DNA from: Bacillota bacterium
GTDB taxonomy: Bacteria > Bacillota > Limnochordia > DTU087
Assembly (NCBI GenBank): GCA_012735435.1
Contig: JAAYHH010000014.1
Coordinates: 1 to 53,496, forward strand
Direction of reading: 5' to 3'
DNA length: 53,496 nucleotides
Shown here: one piece after another, positions 7,911 through 17,780 of the stretch
Layout of the letters: each line of letters opens with the position of its first letter
Numbering within the stretch: the first letter of the stretch is position 1
The notes under the pieces: generated by a model
Told to the model about the DNA's origin: nothing
Seen by the model: only the letters and a program-made list of their open reading frames with translations
The model's database searches: none
Position numbers and translations under genes: made by a program

Positions 7911-8050
7911 AACCCCTTTCTCAGATTATTGCCATGCGGGGTTTAGCCGCTTCGCGGCTTAATACCCGCTGCCTAGTGACGTACTACAATATACGTAGTC
8001 CGCCAGCCGCCGCAACGGGAGGGGAATCCCAATTGGGAAGATAGCTTCCT

Positions 8051-8087
8051 ACAAAACAAGAACCCCCCGCGTCCAGTTGGGGAGTTC
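8051..8087 (-). terminator. rho-independent terminator after the ferritin-like gene
   Basis: Minus strand: GAACTCCCC, 10-nt loop, GGGGGGTTC, then CTTGTTTTGT. Confidence 0.65.
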
Positions 8088-8121
8088 AAGGAGTACAGCA
8101 ATTCACCGCTTTGGATTATTT

Positions 8122-8946
8122 CTACCGGCCTCCGGTGCAGTACATCTTGTAAGCTTCGTTGAAAAGCTGCAGGTGTAGTTCCTCATCCATGATAATCCGG
8201 GCTAAGATTTCTCTGATGTACCGGTCATCAATGAGCTCAATATGCCGCCGATAGGTTTCAATGGCAGCTTGTTCTGCGCGGATATCACTCTCCAGCTGTT
8301 CACAGGGACAACCCGGCAGGTATGGGACATAGCTGGCGTTCCAGAACAATCCTTGCCCATCCATATACATAGGCGGCTGACCAAGGAGCTTGATTAACTC
8401 TGCCAGGATCTCCAGATGATGCATTTCTACGATTGCCACTTCTTCCAGCATTTGGGCAGCATCGGCCAGCTCTTCAGGCATATCAAAGTGATGGAAGAGG
8501 TATTGATTGATGGCAGTCATCTCACTGATCATCCCGGCATAGTCATCCAACAGCAGCCGTGCATATTCTGGATTGGGGCGTTCAACCCGGATAGGGGGAT
8601 ATGGATCAGGAATTGTAGGGATGGTTAAGGTACGCCCATGGGCTGTGTCCCTTCTCCGTCTGTTTCTGGGATTCCTCCCCCTTTCCTGGCGGCTGCACAG
8701 GAGCGATTCGAAATAGTTTAGATGCTGCATTTCATCCCGGGCAATATCTTCGATGGAATGAGCTATGGCCCGACAGGGAGCCATCTCCGCCATCCGCCGG
8801 TAAAAACCGATGGCATCAGCCTCATCCTGGGCTGCCTCATGGACCATTTCCCAGAATCTTTCACGCACAGGAATCACCTCCACCCCATTGTATTCCTGTA
8901 CATAGGAAAATGGTCCTAGTTCCATGGAAAAAAACCGCTGGGTCAA
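8122..8946 (-). CDS. ferritin-like / Mn-catalase (CotJC-like) di-metal protein with extra N-terminal half-ferritin module
   Basis: Repeated E...ExxH helix pairs (DEADAI..DEMQH; ISEMTA..VEMHH; AEQAAI..DEELH). LLLDDYAG..E..AINQY resembles CotJC. Arg-rich linker. The TTG start overlaps the upstream stop (TTGA); an alternative ATG at 8925 lacks an SD. Confidence 0.7.
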   Translation of the reverse strand: MTQRFFSMELGPFSYVQEYNGVEVIPVRERFWEMVHEAAQDEADAIGFYRRMAEMAPCRAIAHSIEDIARDEMQHLNYFESLLCSRQERGRNPRNRRRRDTAHGRTLTIPTIPDPYPPIRVERPNPEYARLLLDDYAGMISEMTAINQYLFHHFDMPEELADAAQMLEEVAIVEMHHLEILAELIKLLGQPPMYMDGQGLFWNASYVPYLPGCPCEQLESDIRAEQAAIETYRRHIELIDDRYIREILARIIMDEELHLQLFNEAYKMYCTGGR

Positions 8947-10334
8947 ATCACTTTCCCAGGATTGAGGATATTCTTGGGGTCGAAGACCGCCTTGATCTGC
9001 CGCTGAAGGTTAATTAGGGTATCGCCCAGTTCCCGGATCAAGTACGGACGTTTGGCAATGCCGATGCCGTGTTCACCGGAAACCTGACCTCCCAGCTCAC
9101 TGCCTTTGGCATAAAGCCGGTCCATGATCTCTTCCATCTTGGCTTTCCATACTTCTCTATCCATGTCATCCCGCAGGACGTAGACATGCATGTTGCCGTC
9201 ACCGGCATGGCCGAAACTGCGGATTCTTACACCGTATTCCTTCTCCAGCTCTTTGGTGTACCTAATAAAGACAGCTATTTTATCCCTGGGAACAACTACG
9301 TCTACTTCATCCATCTCGCTTTCGGCCTTCAGCGCTTCAAGAAAAGCTCCCCGGGCATCCCAAAGACCGTCTTGGCGTTCGGGGGTATCGGCGATGAGCA
9401 CATCTTCCGCACCAGATTCTAAGCAGATGTCTCCAACCATCTCATAGATTTCCTCAAGCTCAGACAGGCTGTTGCCGTCAAAACGGAGCAGGAGATAAGC
9501 CGGAGCTGTCTTATGGGGGAATGTCTTGCCCAAATATTTCTCGGCACTTAAGATCACGTCCCGCTCCATAAACTCAACAGCCTGGGGGATAACCCGGCTC
9601 CGGATGATCTTGGGAACAGTCTCAATGGCTTGTTCCAGGGAAGGGAAAGGCACCAACAGAGTCAAAACCTTGCGGGGAAGGGGCAAAAGCTTAACTATGA
9701 TCTTGGTAATAATCCCCAAGGTCCCCTCTGAGCCTATCATGAGATGGAGCAAACTGTAGCCTGAGGAGTTCTTGGCAACCTTGCCTCCCAGCTGGACTAT
9801 ATCTCCATTGGGCAAAACTACCTCCAAACCGGTTACATGGTCCCTCGTAACCCCGTACTTCACCGCCCGCATGCCGCCGGCATTGGTGGCTACATTGCCG
9901 CCGACGGTAGCACTTTTCTCACCCGGGTCCGGGGCATAGAGAAAGCCCATCTTTTCCACAGTTTCTTGAAAGTCCAGCAAAATGACTCCCGGTTCCACTG
10001 TGGCCATGAGGTTATCTGTATCGATCTCAAGAATCCGATTTAACCGGGCTGTGGAAAGCAGAATCCCACCATGTATAGGCACACAGCCTCCGCATAGGCC
10101 GGTACCCGAACCCCGGACAGTAACCGGGATGTTCCGTTCATAGGCATACCGCATAATGGCCGAAATGGCTTCAGTGCTGTCCGGTTCCACCACAACCTCG
10201 GGGAAAGCCCGGGCCTCACCTAATTCATCATGGGCGTAATCCTCCAAAATAGCGTCACCCACATAGATATGCCCACTGCCCACGATACCCTTTAGATAAT
10301 CGATGTCTGCATCAACCAGTTTGGAATACTGCAT
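8943..10334 (-). CDS. FAD-binding oxidase, GlcD/D-lactate dehydrogenase family (LctD-like)
   Basis: 463 aa with an FAD_binding_4-type N-terminus (VTVRGSGTGLCGG). The C-terminus ...KAVFDPKNILNPGK is typical of GlcD. Lies downstream of etfBA. Confidence 0.9.
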   Translation of the reverse strand: MQYSKLVDADIDYLKGIVGSGHIYVGDAILEDYAHDELGEARAFPEVVVEPDSTEAISAIMRYAYERNIPVTVRGSGTGLCGGCVPIHGGILLSTARLNRILEIDTDNLMATVEPGVILLDFQETVEKMGFLYAPDPGEKSATVGGNVATNAGGMRAVKYGVTRDHVTGLEVVLPNGDIVQLGGKVAKNSSGYSLLHLMIGSEGTLGIITKIIVKLLPLPRKVLTLLVPFPSLEQAIETVPKIIRSRVIPQAVEFMERDVILSAEKYLGKTFPHKTAPAYLLLRFDGNSLSELEEIYEMVGDICLESGAEDVLIADTPERQDGLWDARGAFLEALKAESEMDEVDVVVPRDKIAVFIRYTKELEKEYGVRIRSFGHAGDGNMHVYVLRDDMDREVWKAKMEEIMDRLYAKGSELGGQVSGEHGIGIAKRPYLIRELGDTLINLQRQIKAVFDPKNILNPGKVI

Positions 10335-11526
10335 CGGAGCTTCCCCCTTTCTGCAGGGCTTCTATGAGAGCCGGTACAATCTCATATAGGTCACCCACCA
10401 GTCCATAGTGGGCTGCATCAAAGATTGGTGCATTGGGGTCGGTATTGATAGCGAAAATAACTTCCGAGCCCCGCATACCAGCTACATGCTGAATGGCACC
10501 AGATATGCCGCAGGCGATATACAGCTTCGGCCGAACTGTTCTGCCGCTCATCCCTATCTGCTGGGTGTAGTCAGCCCAGCCCTGTTCCACCAAGGGCCGG
10601 GTCACGCCGACAACTCCTCCCAAGAGCCTAGCCAATTCTCCCAGAAGCTCTAACCCTTCTGGCTTACCGATTCCTCTACCGGCAGCGACTATGACTTCAG
10701 CATCGGTAATGGAGCTGACCGCTTCGTAAGGCCTAAACCCCAGGATCTCGATTCCTGACTTAAGCAAACCCTCGTCTACAGGACAGCGAACAACTTCGCC
10801 GTGGGGTTTGCTCACCTTATCGGCCATAGGCATCACTTTGTGTCTTACCGTTGCCATTTGGGGCCGATGGCGAGGAGTTACGATCTGAGCCATTACATCG
10901 CCGCCAAAGGCCGGCCGGGTCTGCACCAAATCTCCATTCGGCTTCACATCTAATAGGGTGCAGTCGGCTGTAAGCCCTGTTCTGAGGCGAGCTGCCACCC
11001 GAGGGGCTAAGGACCTCCCTACCGAGGTTGCGCCCATGAGAATAATATTGGGCTTAATCTGTTCAACCAAGTCCACCATAAGTGCGGTATACGGTTCAAT
11101 GCGGAAACGCTCCAGGGCGGGATGATCGTAAAGATAAACCCGGTCTACCCCGTAATCTAGAAGGGCTTCAGCTTCCGAAGCCAGGTTGCTGCCGGCGAGA
11201 TACACCGCCACTGCCTCGCCCAGCTTTCCTGCCAGCTCAAGTCCCTTACCGATGAGCTCATAGGTTACCGGCTGCACCTTGCCCTGCCGCTGTTCAGCAA
11301 AGACCAGCACTCCCTTATACTGCTCCTTATCTACGGTGCCGGCAGGCTCCGACTTTTCCAGCCAAATGGCATTGACCGGACAGGCCTTGATGCAGACTCG
11401 GCAGAGTCGGCAGGAGTCAGTAAACTCTATGGCATCAGCCCGCATCTCAACTCCATTGAAGGGGCAGACTTCTACACACTGACCACATAATATACAAAGT
11501 TCCTGATCTACCCGCATGCGGCTCAT
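10312..11526 (-). CDS. etfA: electron transfer flavoprotein alpha subunit with N-terminal 2x[4Fe-4S] ferredoxin domain
   Basis: CILCGQCVEVCP and CRLCRVCIKACP motifs, followed by an EtfA core (..ACGISGAIQHVAGM..). ATGA overlap with etfB. Confidence 0.9.
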   Translation of the reverse strand: MSRMRVDQELCILCGQCVEVCPFNGVEMRADAIEFTDSCRLCRVCIKACPVNAIWLEKSEPAGTVDKEQYKGVLVFAEQRQGKVQPVTYELIGKGLELAGKLGEAVAVYLAGSNLASEAEALLDYGVDRVYLYDHPALERFRIEPYTALMVDLVEQIKPNIILMGATSVGRSLAPRVAARLRTGLTADCTLLDVKPNGDLVQTRPAFGGDVMAQIVTPRHRPQMATVRHKVMPMADKVSKPHGEVVRCPVDEGLLKSGIEILGFRPYEAVSSITDAEVIVAAGRGIGKPEGLELLGELARLLGGVVGVTRPLVEQGWADYTQQIGMSGRTVRPKLYIACGISGAIQHVAGMRGSEVIFAINTDPNAPIFDAAHYGLVGDLYEIVPALIEALQKGGSSDAVFQTG

Positions 11527-12311
11527 ACAAACTTCAGCTCCTTCAGCTTATCATGGAACCGCCGGCCCAGCTCTTCCGGCGAGCCTTCCCATATTTCCTT
11601 GTCCCGACCTCGGGGCGGCGGAAAAATCCGTTCCACTTGAGTGGGAGAGCCGCTGAGTCCAAAGTATGCGGCATTGGCCCCAGATAAGGCCTTGCTGTCC
11701 CATACGGTAATTTCTCTATCCCGGGTAGCCCGTTTCAACCTGTATGACGGCAGCCGCGGCTCGTTGACCTCCTTGGTACATGTCAGAAGGCAAGGCAGCT
11801 TGATCTTCAGAGTCTCGATGCCGTCCCCCATGTCTGTGTCCACAATTATGCTGTCACCGACCAGCTCATGAATCTTCGTTACATAAGAAGCATGGGGCAA
11901 ATCCAAGAGCTCCGCGATGCCGGGTCCTACCTGGGCGGTATCGCCGTCAGTGGTCTGCATGCCGCAGAAGATCAAATCAACCGGCGGCAGACGGCGAATG
12001 GCTTCAGCGAGAGTGTAAGACGTGGCCAGGGTATCAGCACCGGCAAATGCCCGATCAGATAATAAGCAGCCGTCATCTGCCCCCAGCGTATAAGCTTCCC
12101 TAATGACCGCCATAGCCTGGGGCGGACCCATAGAAATCACAGTGACCGTTCCCCCGTACTGTTCCTTTAGGGCAACTGCCGCTTCCAGGGCATAGGCGTC
12201 ATATACGTTTAACTTGGATTCGACACCTTCCCGTTTTAGTACGCCCTTTTCCTCATCGATTTCCACTTCAGTGCCCTCGGGCACCTGTTTTATGCAAACA
12301 ACAAAATGCAC
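11523..12311 (-). CDS. etfB: electron transfer flavoprotein beta subunit
   Basis: MHFVVCIKQVPEG... is a typical EtfB N-terminus; 262 aa; GTG start. Confidence 0.9.
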   Translation of the reverse strand: MHFVVCIKQVPEGTEVEIDEEKGVLKREGVESKLNVYDAYALEAAVALKEQYGGTVTVISMGPPQAMAVIREAYTLGADDGCLLSDRAFAGADTLATSYTLAEAIRRLPPVDLIFCGMQTTDGDTAQVGPGIAELLDLPHASYVTKIHELVGDSIIVDTDMGDGIETLKIKLPCLLTCTKEVNEPRLPSYRLKRATRDREITVWDSKALSGANAAYFGLSGSPTQVERIFPPPRGRDKEIWEGSPEELGRRFHDKLKELKFV

Positions 12312-12495
12312 CTCACCGCCCCCCTACTTGTCATATTCCTACTCCTTTGCACTTCCCCGCCTGACTGGCATCCATCCAGCGGGCGGCGGGTTTAGCCTGT
12401 ATCGATTGTTTCGTCTTAATAGACTACGATCCCTGCAAAAAGTCAACACAAACAAAGAGATCAAACACAAGTCCAACATTTCACATGGTGTCTAA

Positions 12496-13341
12496 TTAAC
12501 CCTTCAGGGCTCCAGCGGTAAGGCCTGAGATAAACTGGCGGGACATGGCCAGGTACAATACCAAGAGGGGCACGCTTGCTATGACCATACCTGCAAACAA
12601 CATTCCCCAATCGGTCATAAACTGGCCAAAGAAGATGGTCATCCCTAGAGGGATAGTCTTCAAATGATCTGACTGGATAAAGAGCAGAGGGAAGAAGAAA
12701 TCATTCCACCAAGGCACAAAATTAACTATAGTCACAGTGGCCAGCCCCGGCCGCACCAAGGGCAGCATAATGCGGTAGAAAATCTGCAGGTCACTGCAGC
12801 CGTCTATGCGGGCTGAGTACTCCAAGTCCTTGGGTATCGTCTTGAAAAAGCCGGTAAGCAGAAAAACCGACATGGGCATTCCGCTGGCCGCGTAAGTCAG
12901 CACCAAGGACCAGTGGGTATTCAATAGGTTTAGATCCCGCATCAACAAGAACAAGGGGAGGATTCCCAGACGAATGGTGATCATAATACCCGCCAAGAAA
13001 AACATATAATAGAAATTACTAAGCCGGAATTGATAGCGGCTGAGGGCATAAGCAGCTAGTGAAGAACATGTCAAGACAAGGACCGTGGAAACCAAAGTTA
13101 CAGTTACGCTGTTTAAAAAGTAAGTATTAAAATGGGCTCTCTGCCACACCTTACCAAAGGTTTCAAAGCTCCAAACCCGGGGCAGACCGAAGGGGTTCAT
13201 GAATATCTCCCTGGTGGACTTGAAGGCAGTAATGATCATAAGGAATATTGGATAGACAAAGATAAAGGCCAGAACAATGAGGAGCAGGTATATAGCTCCT
13301 TCTACAACCCAGCGCTTAAGTACCGTTGACCTTTCGTGCAT
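12496..13341 (-). CDS. carbohydrate ABC transporter permease (CUT1)
   Basis: 281 aa, 6 TM helices, with an EAA-loop-like YSARIDGCSDLQIFYRIMLPL. Confidence 0.9.
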   Translation of the reverse strand: MHERSTVLKRWVVEGAIYLLLIVLAFIFVYPIFLMIITAFKSTREIFMNPFGLPRVWSFETFGKVWQRAHFNTYFLNSVTVTLVSTVLVLTCSSLAAYALSRYQFRLSNFYYMFFLAGIMITIRLGILPLFLLMRDLNLLNTHWSLVLTYAASGMPMSVFLLTGFFKTIPKDLEYSARIDGCSDLQIFYRIMLPLVRPGLATVTIVNFVPWWNDFFFPLLFIQSDHLKTIPLGMTIFFGQFMTDWGMLFAGMVIASVPLLVLYLAMSRQFISGLTAGALKG

Positions 13342-13369
13342 AGTCCACTCTCCCCATTTTATTTCTGCA

Positions 13370-14290
13370 TCAATACTCTACTTCGCTTTGCCGGATCATT
13401 CGGACGCCAAAATACGACACAATGGCTACGATGAGGAACATCAATATGGCAATGGCCGAGGCAATTCCTATCTGTCCGGGTTCGCCGCCAGTAGTGGAAT
13501 CACCGAAAGCCGTCCGATAGAAGAAGGTACCCAGGATATCAGTTGAGTAATACGGGTTGCCGCTGGAACCCTGCATGACAAACACCAGTTCAAAGGTGTT
13601 GAAAATCCAGATAAAGGTCAGGATAGTAACCATACCTATGGTCGGCATAACAAGGGGCAGTGTTATATACCGAAATACCTGCCACCCGTTGGCCCCATCT
13701 ACCCTGGCCGCCTCATGGTACTCCTCAGATATTCCCTGCAGCCCAGCCTTGAAGACCAAGATGGGAAATCCCAGCCAGCGCCATGCATTGACCATGATCA
13801 CAGTGAAGAGAGCAGTCTCTGTCTGACCTAACCAAGGCTGTGCCCATTTCCCTAAGCCCAAGAGATGCAGGGCCTTATTGAAAGCGCCCCAGGTGGGATT
13901 AAGCAATAGCAGCCAAAGAAAGCCCACAATCACCATGGACAGTGTATAAGGCAAGAAAAACAGTGTCTGCAGAAGGCCGTAGCCCCTGCGCTGTCTAGTG
14001 AAGAGCACAGCTAGAAATAAACCTAAGGTGCTCTGCAGTACAAAGGTGATCCCAAAAAATATCGTGTTGTGCTTCAGGGCATTCCAAAACCTGATATTGT
14101 ACGGTGCCTGCTGCAGGACAGTTCGAAAGTTATCCAGGCCGCAGTAGGCACCCCTTACCAAGCCGTCCCAGGAGAATAGACTAAAGCCAAGGGCAGAGGT
14201 CAGGGGATATACCATGAAAACGGTATATAAAATGAGACCGGGAAGAAGGAAAAGGACATAAATATTTTTCTGAAACCAGCGGATAACCAA
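13370..14290 (-). CDS. carbohydrate ABC transporter permease (CUT1)
   Basis: 306 aa, with the EAA loop EAARVDGANGWQVFRYITLPL. Confidence 0.9.
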   Translation of the reverse strand: MVIRWFQKNIYVLFLLPGLILYTVFMVYPLTSALGFSLFSWDGLVRGAYCGLDNFRTVLQQAPYNIRFWNALKHNTIFFGITFVLQSTLGLFLAVLFTRQRRGYGLLQTLFFLPYTLSMVIVGFLWLLLLNPTWGAFNKALHLLGLGKWAQPWLGQTETALFTVIMVNAWRWLGFPILVFKAGLQGISEEYHEAARVDGANGWQVFRYITLPLVMPTIGMVTILTFIWIFNTFELVFVMQGSSGNPYYSTDILGTFFYRTAFGDSTTGGEPGQIGIASAIAILMFLIVAIVSYFGVRMIRQSEVEY

Positions 14291-14361
14291 AGGGGCTCAC
14301 TCTCCTAAAAATCCGGTAGGAAATGCCTTAACCAAGACCTTTCCTACCGGAGATTATCTGC

Positions 14362-15621
14362 CTATTTTCTAAAGGGCTCGTACCAAGTCTCAAGTCCAGC
14401 CTGGATATTGGCCAATGCTTCATCTACAGTGATTTCGCCAGCAAATACTCCCTGGAGCTCATTCTGGAGCAGAGTCGACCCGCTGGGCTGACCATAGCGG
14501 AAAGCCGTCAGCATCAAGTAGGGTGAAGAGCTTTCCTCCATTAAGGCAACGACCTCTGCCAGAAGTTCATTGTCAGGCTCCACTCCCGGAACTGCCGAGA
14601 TCTGCTGGAGAGTATTGGTAAACATTGTGCCGTACTCCTCGGTTGCCAGGAAGCGGATAAACTCAAGGGCTGCTTCAGGATGTTTGGTTGCGGCATTGAT
14701 TCCATAAGAGCCATCCACATACATGGTAAGGAACTTGGGCTGATCAGCAGTTTCAGCTGGCACCACAAACAATCCTACTTCTAGATCAGGATTCATCTGA
14801 GCCAAGGTACCCAGCTCGTAGATACCAGCCAAGAACATGGCAGCCATCTCCTGGGCGAACAGCATCTGCATATCGGTATAGCCGACACCCATATACTGAT
14901 CCGGTAGGTAGGGCCTGAGTTCCAGCATCCTTTCAATAGCTGCCTTAAAGCGGGGATCGGTAAAGGTGGTCTTGCCGGTTGTCACTTCGTCAAAGAAGGT
15001 GTTGCCGCCGTAAAATGTAGGCGCTACTGCTCCGAAATATGTCTCCAACGTCCAGCCTTCCTTGCCCCCGTTGGCAAAGGGTATGTACCCTGCCTCTTTG
15101 ACCTTAGCTGCCAGCTGCAGGAATTCATCCCAGGTGGAAGGCTCCTGCAAACCAAGCTCTCTAAAGATAGCTTTGTTGTAAAGCACCTGCACTGTCTGGA
15201 CAGCGAAGGGGACTCCGTAAACCTTGCCGTCAGCCCGGTTGGTTGCTCCCAAGAGCACATCCCGACTGAAGTTGGCAAGCTCCGGCACCTTTCTATCCAG
15301 AGCCATCAAGTATCCAGCCTTAGCCAAGGGCTCCATTCCACCGTAAGCCCGCAGATGAATGATATCTGGGCCTGAGCCTGCCTGCAGGGCCGTAGCTAGA
15401 ATGGTGTTGTATTCGGTGTTCCGGTAAGCAACAAACTCAATGTTGATATCCGGATGTTTCTCGTTAAACGCTGCGATGAATTTGTTATATGCATCAACGT
15501 CTTCAGTTCTCCAACTCCAGAACGTCAGATTTACCTTCTCCGCCATGGCTGCCGGAGTCAGCACTAATCCCAGGCAGGCGATGACTGTCAAGATAACCAG
15601 TGTCTTTCTTGTCATAATCAT
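14362..15621 (-). CDS. extracellular sugar-binding protein of ABC transporter
   Basis: Start refined to ATG 15621, which follows AGGAGGAAAG. Signal peptide present; the sequence is family-1 SBP-like. Confidence 0.9.
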   Translation of the reverse strand: MIMTRKTLVILTVIACLGLVLTPAAMAEKVNLTFWSWRTEDVDAYNKFIAAFNEKHPDINIEFVAYRNTEYNTILATALQAGSGPDIIHLRAYGGMEPLAKAGYLMALDRKVPELANFSRDVLLGATNRADGKVYGVPFAVQTVQVLYNKAIFRELGLQEPSTWDEFLQLAAKVKEAGYIPFANGGKEGWTLETYFGAVAPTFYGGNTFFDEVTTGKTTFTDPRFKAAIERMLELRPYLPDQYMGVGYTDMQMLFAQEMAAMFLAGIYELGTLAQMNPDLEVGLFVVPAETADQPKFLTMYVDGSYGINAATKHPEAALEFIRFLATEEYGTMFTNTLQQISAVPGVEPDNELLAEVVALMEESSSPYLMLTAFRYGQPSGSTLLQNELQGVFAGEITVDEALANIQAGLETWYEPFRK

Positions 15622-15904
15622 CGACTTTCCTCCTTGCATACTAAGCTGACCTTTGTGTGCCGAAAATCCCATAGCCGGGCCTGCAGCTTCACCACCTCCT
15701 GAATGTTGGTAATCACTGTGTATTTTTCAATACTATTTTCACCGCGTCTTTAGTTAATCCTTCTTACTTACTGTATTTTTGTTAGAAGGTTTTTTAACTT
15801 CTGCAGCGAACTCTCCTATATGATGTCTTGCAGTATCTGTCTCGCTGCTGTACGGCTTGACTTTATTGATTACGTTTACAACGCAAATATTTGAGAAAGC
15901 GGTG

Positions 15905-16771
15905 ATGGACATGAAAGATGCCTTCGAACAAAGCAACTGCCTAATTAGACTTCGAGGGCTTCTGCCAAGCCTCAGGCCCTCTGAACAAAAGGTGGCTTCA
16001 TACATACTCTCCCATCCGGAGAAGGTAGTCTACCTGTCCATTACTGAACTTAGCCAAATCGTTGGTGTCAGCGATGCAGCCATAGTCAAGTTTGCTCAAC
16101 GGATTGGGTACAAGGGATATCAAGATCTTAAGATCAATTTGGCCCAGGAACTGCCCCAGACGGGAGAACCGGTGTACGGAGAGATCGAGCTTGATGATAG
16201 TATCAGCGAAGTAAAGGAAAAGCTGTTCCACGTAAATATCGCAGCTTTGCAGGATACACAGGAAGTCCTTGACGATGGGGCCCTGGAAGCCGCCATCGAT
16301 GCAATGCTCGGTGCCCAGCGCATCGATTTCTACGGTCTAGGGGCTTCAGGTATCGTGGCCCAAGATGCGCAGCATAAATTTCTCCGCATCGGCCTCAACT
16401 GCAATGCTTATATAGACACCCATATGCAGGCCGCTATGGCCGCGCTTCTGAAAAAGGGTGATGTGGCTGTAGGAATTTCCCATTCAGGCCAAACCAAAGA
16501 CATTGTATCTGCCATAGCAATTGCCAACGCCGCCGGAGCTACCACTATCTGCATCACCAATTACCCAGCCTCCCAAATAGCCCAGGAAGCCAAGATCAAG
16601 CTTTTTACTTCTTCCCGGGAAACCACCCTAAGAAGCGGCGCCATCGCCTCCCGCATTGCCCAATTGAGTGTAATCGATGTTCTGTATATAGGAGTGGTAT
16701 TGAGGAAATACGACCTGGTCATGGACTGCTTGGAAAAGACGAGAAAGGCAGTAGCCGACAAGCGCTTTTAG
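15905..16771 (+). CDS. murR: RpiR/MurR-family transcriptional regulator (HTH + SIS)
   Basis: N-terminal HTH_6 (LRPSEQKVASYIL...ITELSQIVGVSDAAIVKFAQRIGYKGYQDLK) and a SIS domain. Lies upstream of murQ. The start is uncertain (15857, 15905 or 15911). Confidence 0.8.
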   Translation: MDMKDAFEQSNCLIRLRGLLPSLRPSEQKVASYILSHPEKVVYLSITELSQIVGVSDAAIVKFAQRIGYKGYQDLKINLAQELPQTGEPVYGEIELDDSISEVKEKLFHVNIAALQDTQEVLDDGALEAAIDAMLGAQRIDFYGLGASGIVAQDAQHKFLRIGLNCNAYIDTHMQAAMAALLKKGDVAVGISHSGQTKDIVSAIAIANAAGATTICITNYPASQIAQEAKIKLFTSSRETTLRSGAIASRIAQLSVIDVLYIGVVLRKYDLVMDCLEKTRKAVADKRF

Positions 16772-16800
16772 ATTAAAGCCGTAGGAAAGGGGACCCAGCA

Positions 16801-17754
16801 GTGATGAACTATCGAGAATACAGCTGCGGTATGGAACCGCTGGCCGATAACAGCAGCTTGACAACAGAGGAACGCAATGAAAATTCTCTCCATCTAGACA
16901 CCATGACAACCCGAGAAATCTTGACTTTGATTAATGCCGAAGACCATAAGGTTGCTCCGGCTGTAGCCGCGGCCATTCCCCAAATCACAGAGGCGGTGGA
17001 CCTGATCACCAGCCGCCTGAAGGCAGGGGGACGCCTCTTCTACGTGGGAGCCGGCACCAGCGGCCGCCTCGGCATTCTGGATGTGGCCGAAGTGAAGCCC
17101 ACCTTCGGGGTCGGTCTGGATACCGTCGAAGCAATTATAGCAGGTGGAGCCAAGGCCATTACCGAATCAGTTGAGGAGGCGGAGGACGATTTTCACCAAG
17201 GCGGTGAGGAGCTCAAACTCCGGGGAATTAGGGAAAACGATGCGGTAGTGGGCATCGCCGCCAGCGGGAGCACACCCTTTGTCCTGGGTGCCTTAGTAAC
17301 AGCCCGGGAGGCAGGAGCCGCCACCATCGGCATAGCCTGCAATCACAACAGCCGCCTCCGGGATTACAGCGATGTGACCATCGAAGTTATCGTCGGCCCT
17401 GAGGTCCTCACAGGCTCCACCCGCATGAAAGCCGGAACAGCTCAGAAAATGGTGCTTAACATGATCAGCACTGCCACAATGGTCAAACTCGGTCATGTTT
17501 ATGAAAACTTGATGGCGGGCATGCAGATAACCAACACCAAATTACTTCAACGAGCTATTCGGATAGTGTCGGCCGCTGCTGGGATATCCGCCGATGACGC
17601 CGCAGCCTTACTAGATGCATCGGGAAATGATATTAAAACAGCCGTTGTCATGGGCAAGCTCCAGGTGGACGCAGCCGCTGCCCAGCAGCTTCTGGCCAAA
17701 GCTGATGGCTATATTCGCAAAGCCATTGCCCTTGGTCTAAATGCAAGGGACTGA
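16801..17754 (+). CDS. murQ: N-acetylmuramic acid 6-phosphate etherase
   Basis: Strong resemblance to MurQ: LTTEERN, GGRLFYVGAGTSGRLGILDVAE, GSTRMKAGTAQKMVLNMIST. Confidence 0.93.
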   Translation: MMNYREYSCGMEPLADNSSLTTEERNENSLHLDTMTTREILTLINAEDHKVAPAVAAAIPQITEAVDLITSRLKAGGRLFYVGAGTSGRLGILDVAEVKPTFGVGLDTVEAIIAGGAKAITESVEEAEDDFHQGGEELKLRGIRENDAVVGIAASGSTPFVLGALVTAREAGAATIGIACNHNSRLRDYSDVTIEVIVGPEVLTGSTRMKAGTAQKMVLNMISTATMVKLGHVYENLMAGMQITNTKLLQRAIRIVSAAAGISADDAAALLDASGNDIKTAVVMGKLQVDAAAAQQLLAKADGYIRKAIALGLNARD

Positions 17755-17780
17755 TTCAACTGGAAACGATGGGTGGTCAT

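Noticed and set aside
12340-12395. GC-rich hairpin between the ABC permease gene and etfB, considered as a terminator
   Set aside because: No U-tract follows it on the transcribed (minus) strand. It more likely lies in the etfB 5' UTR, so I left it unannotated.
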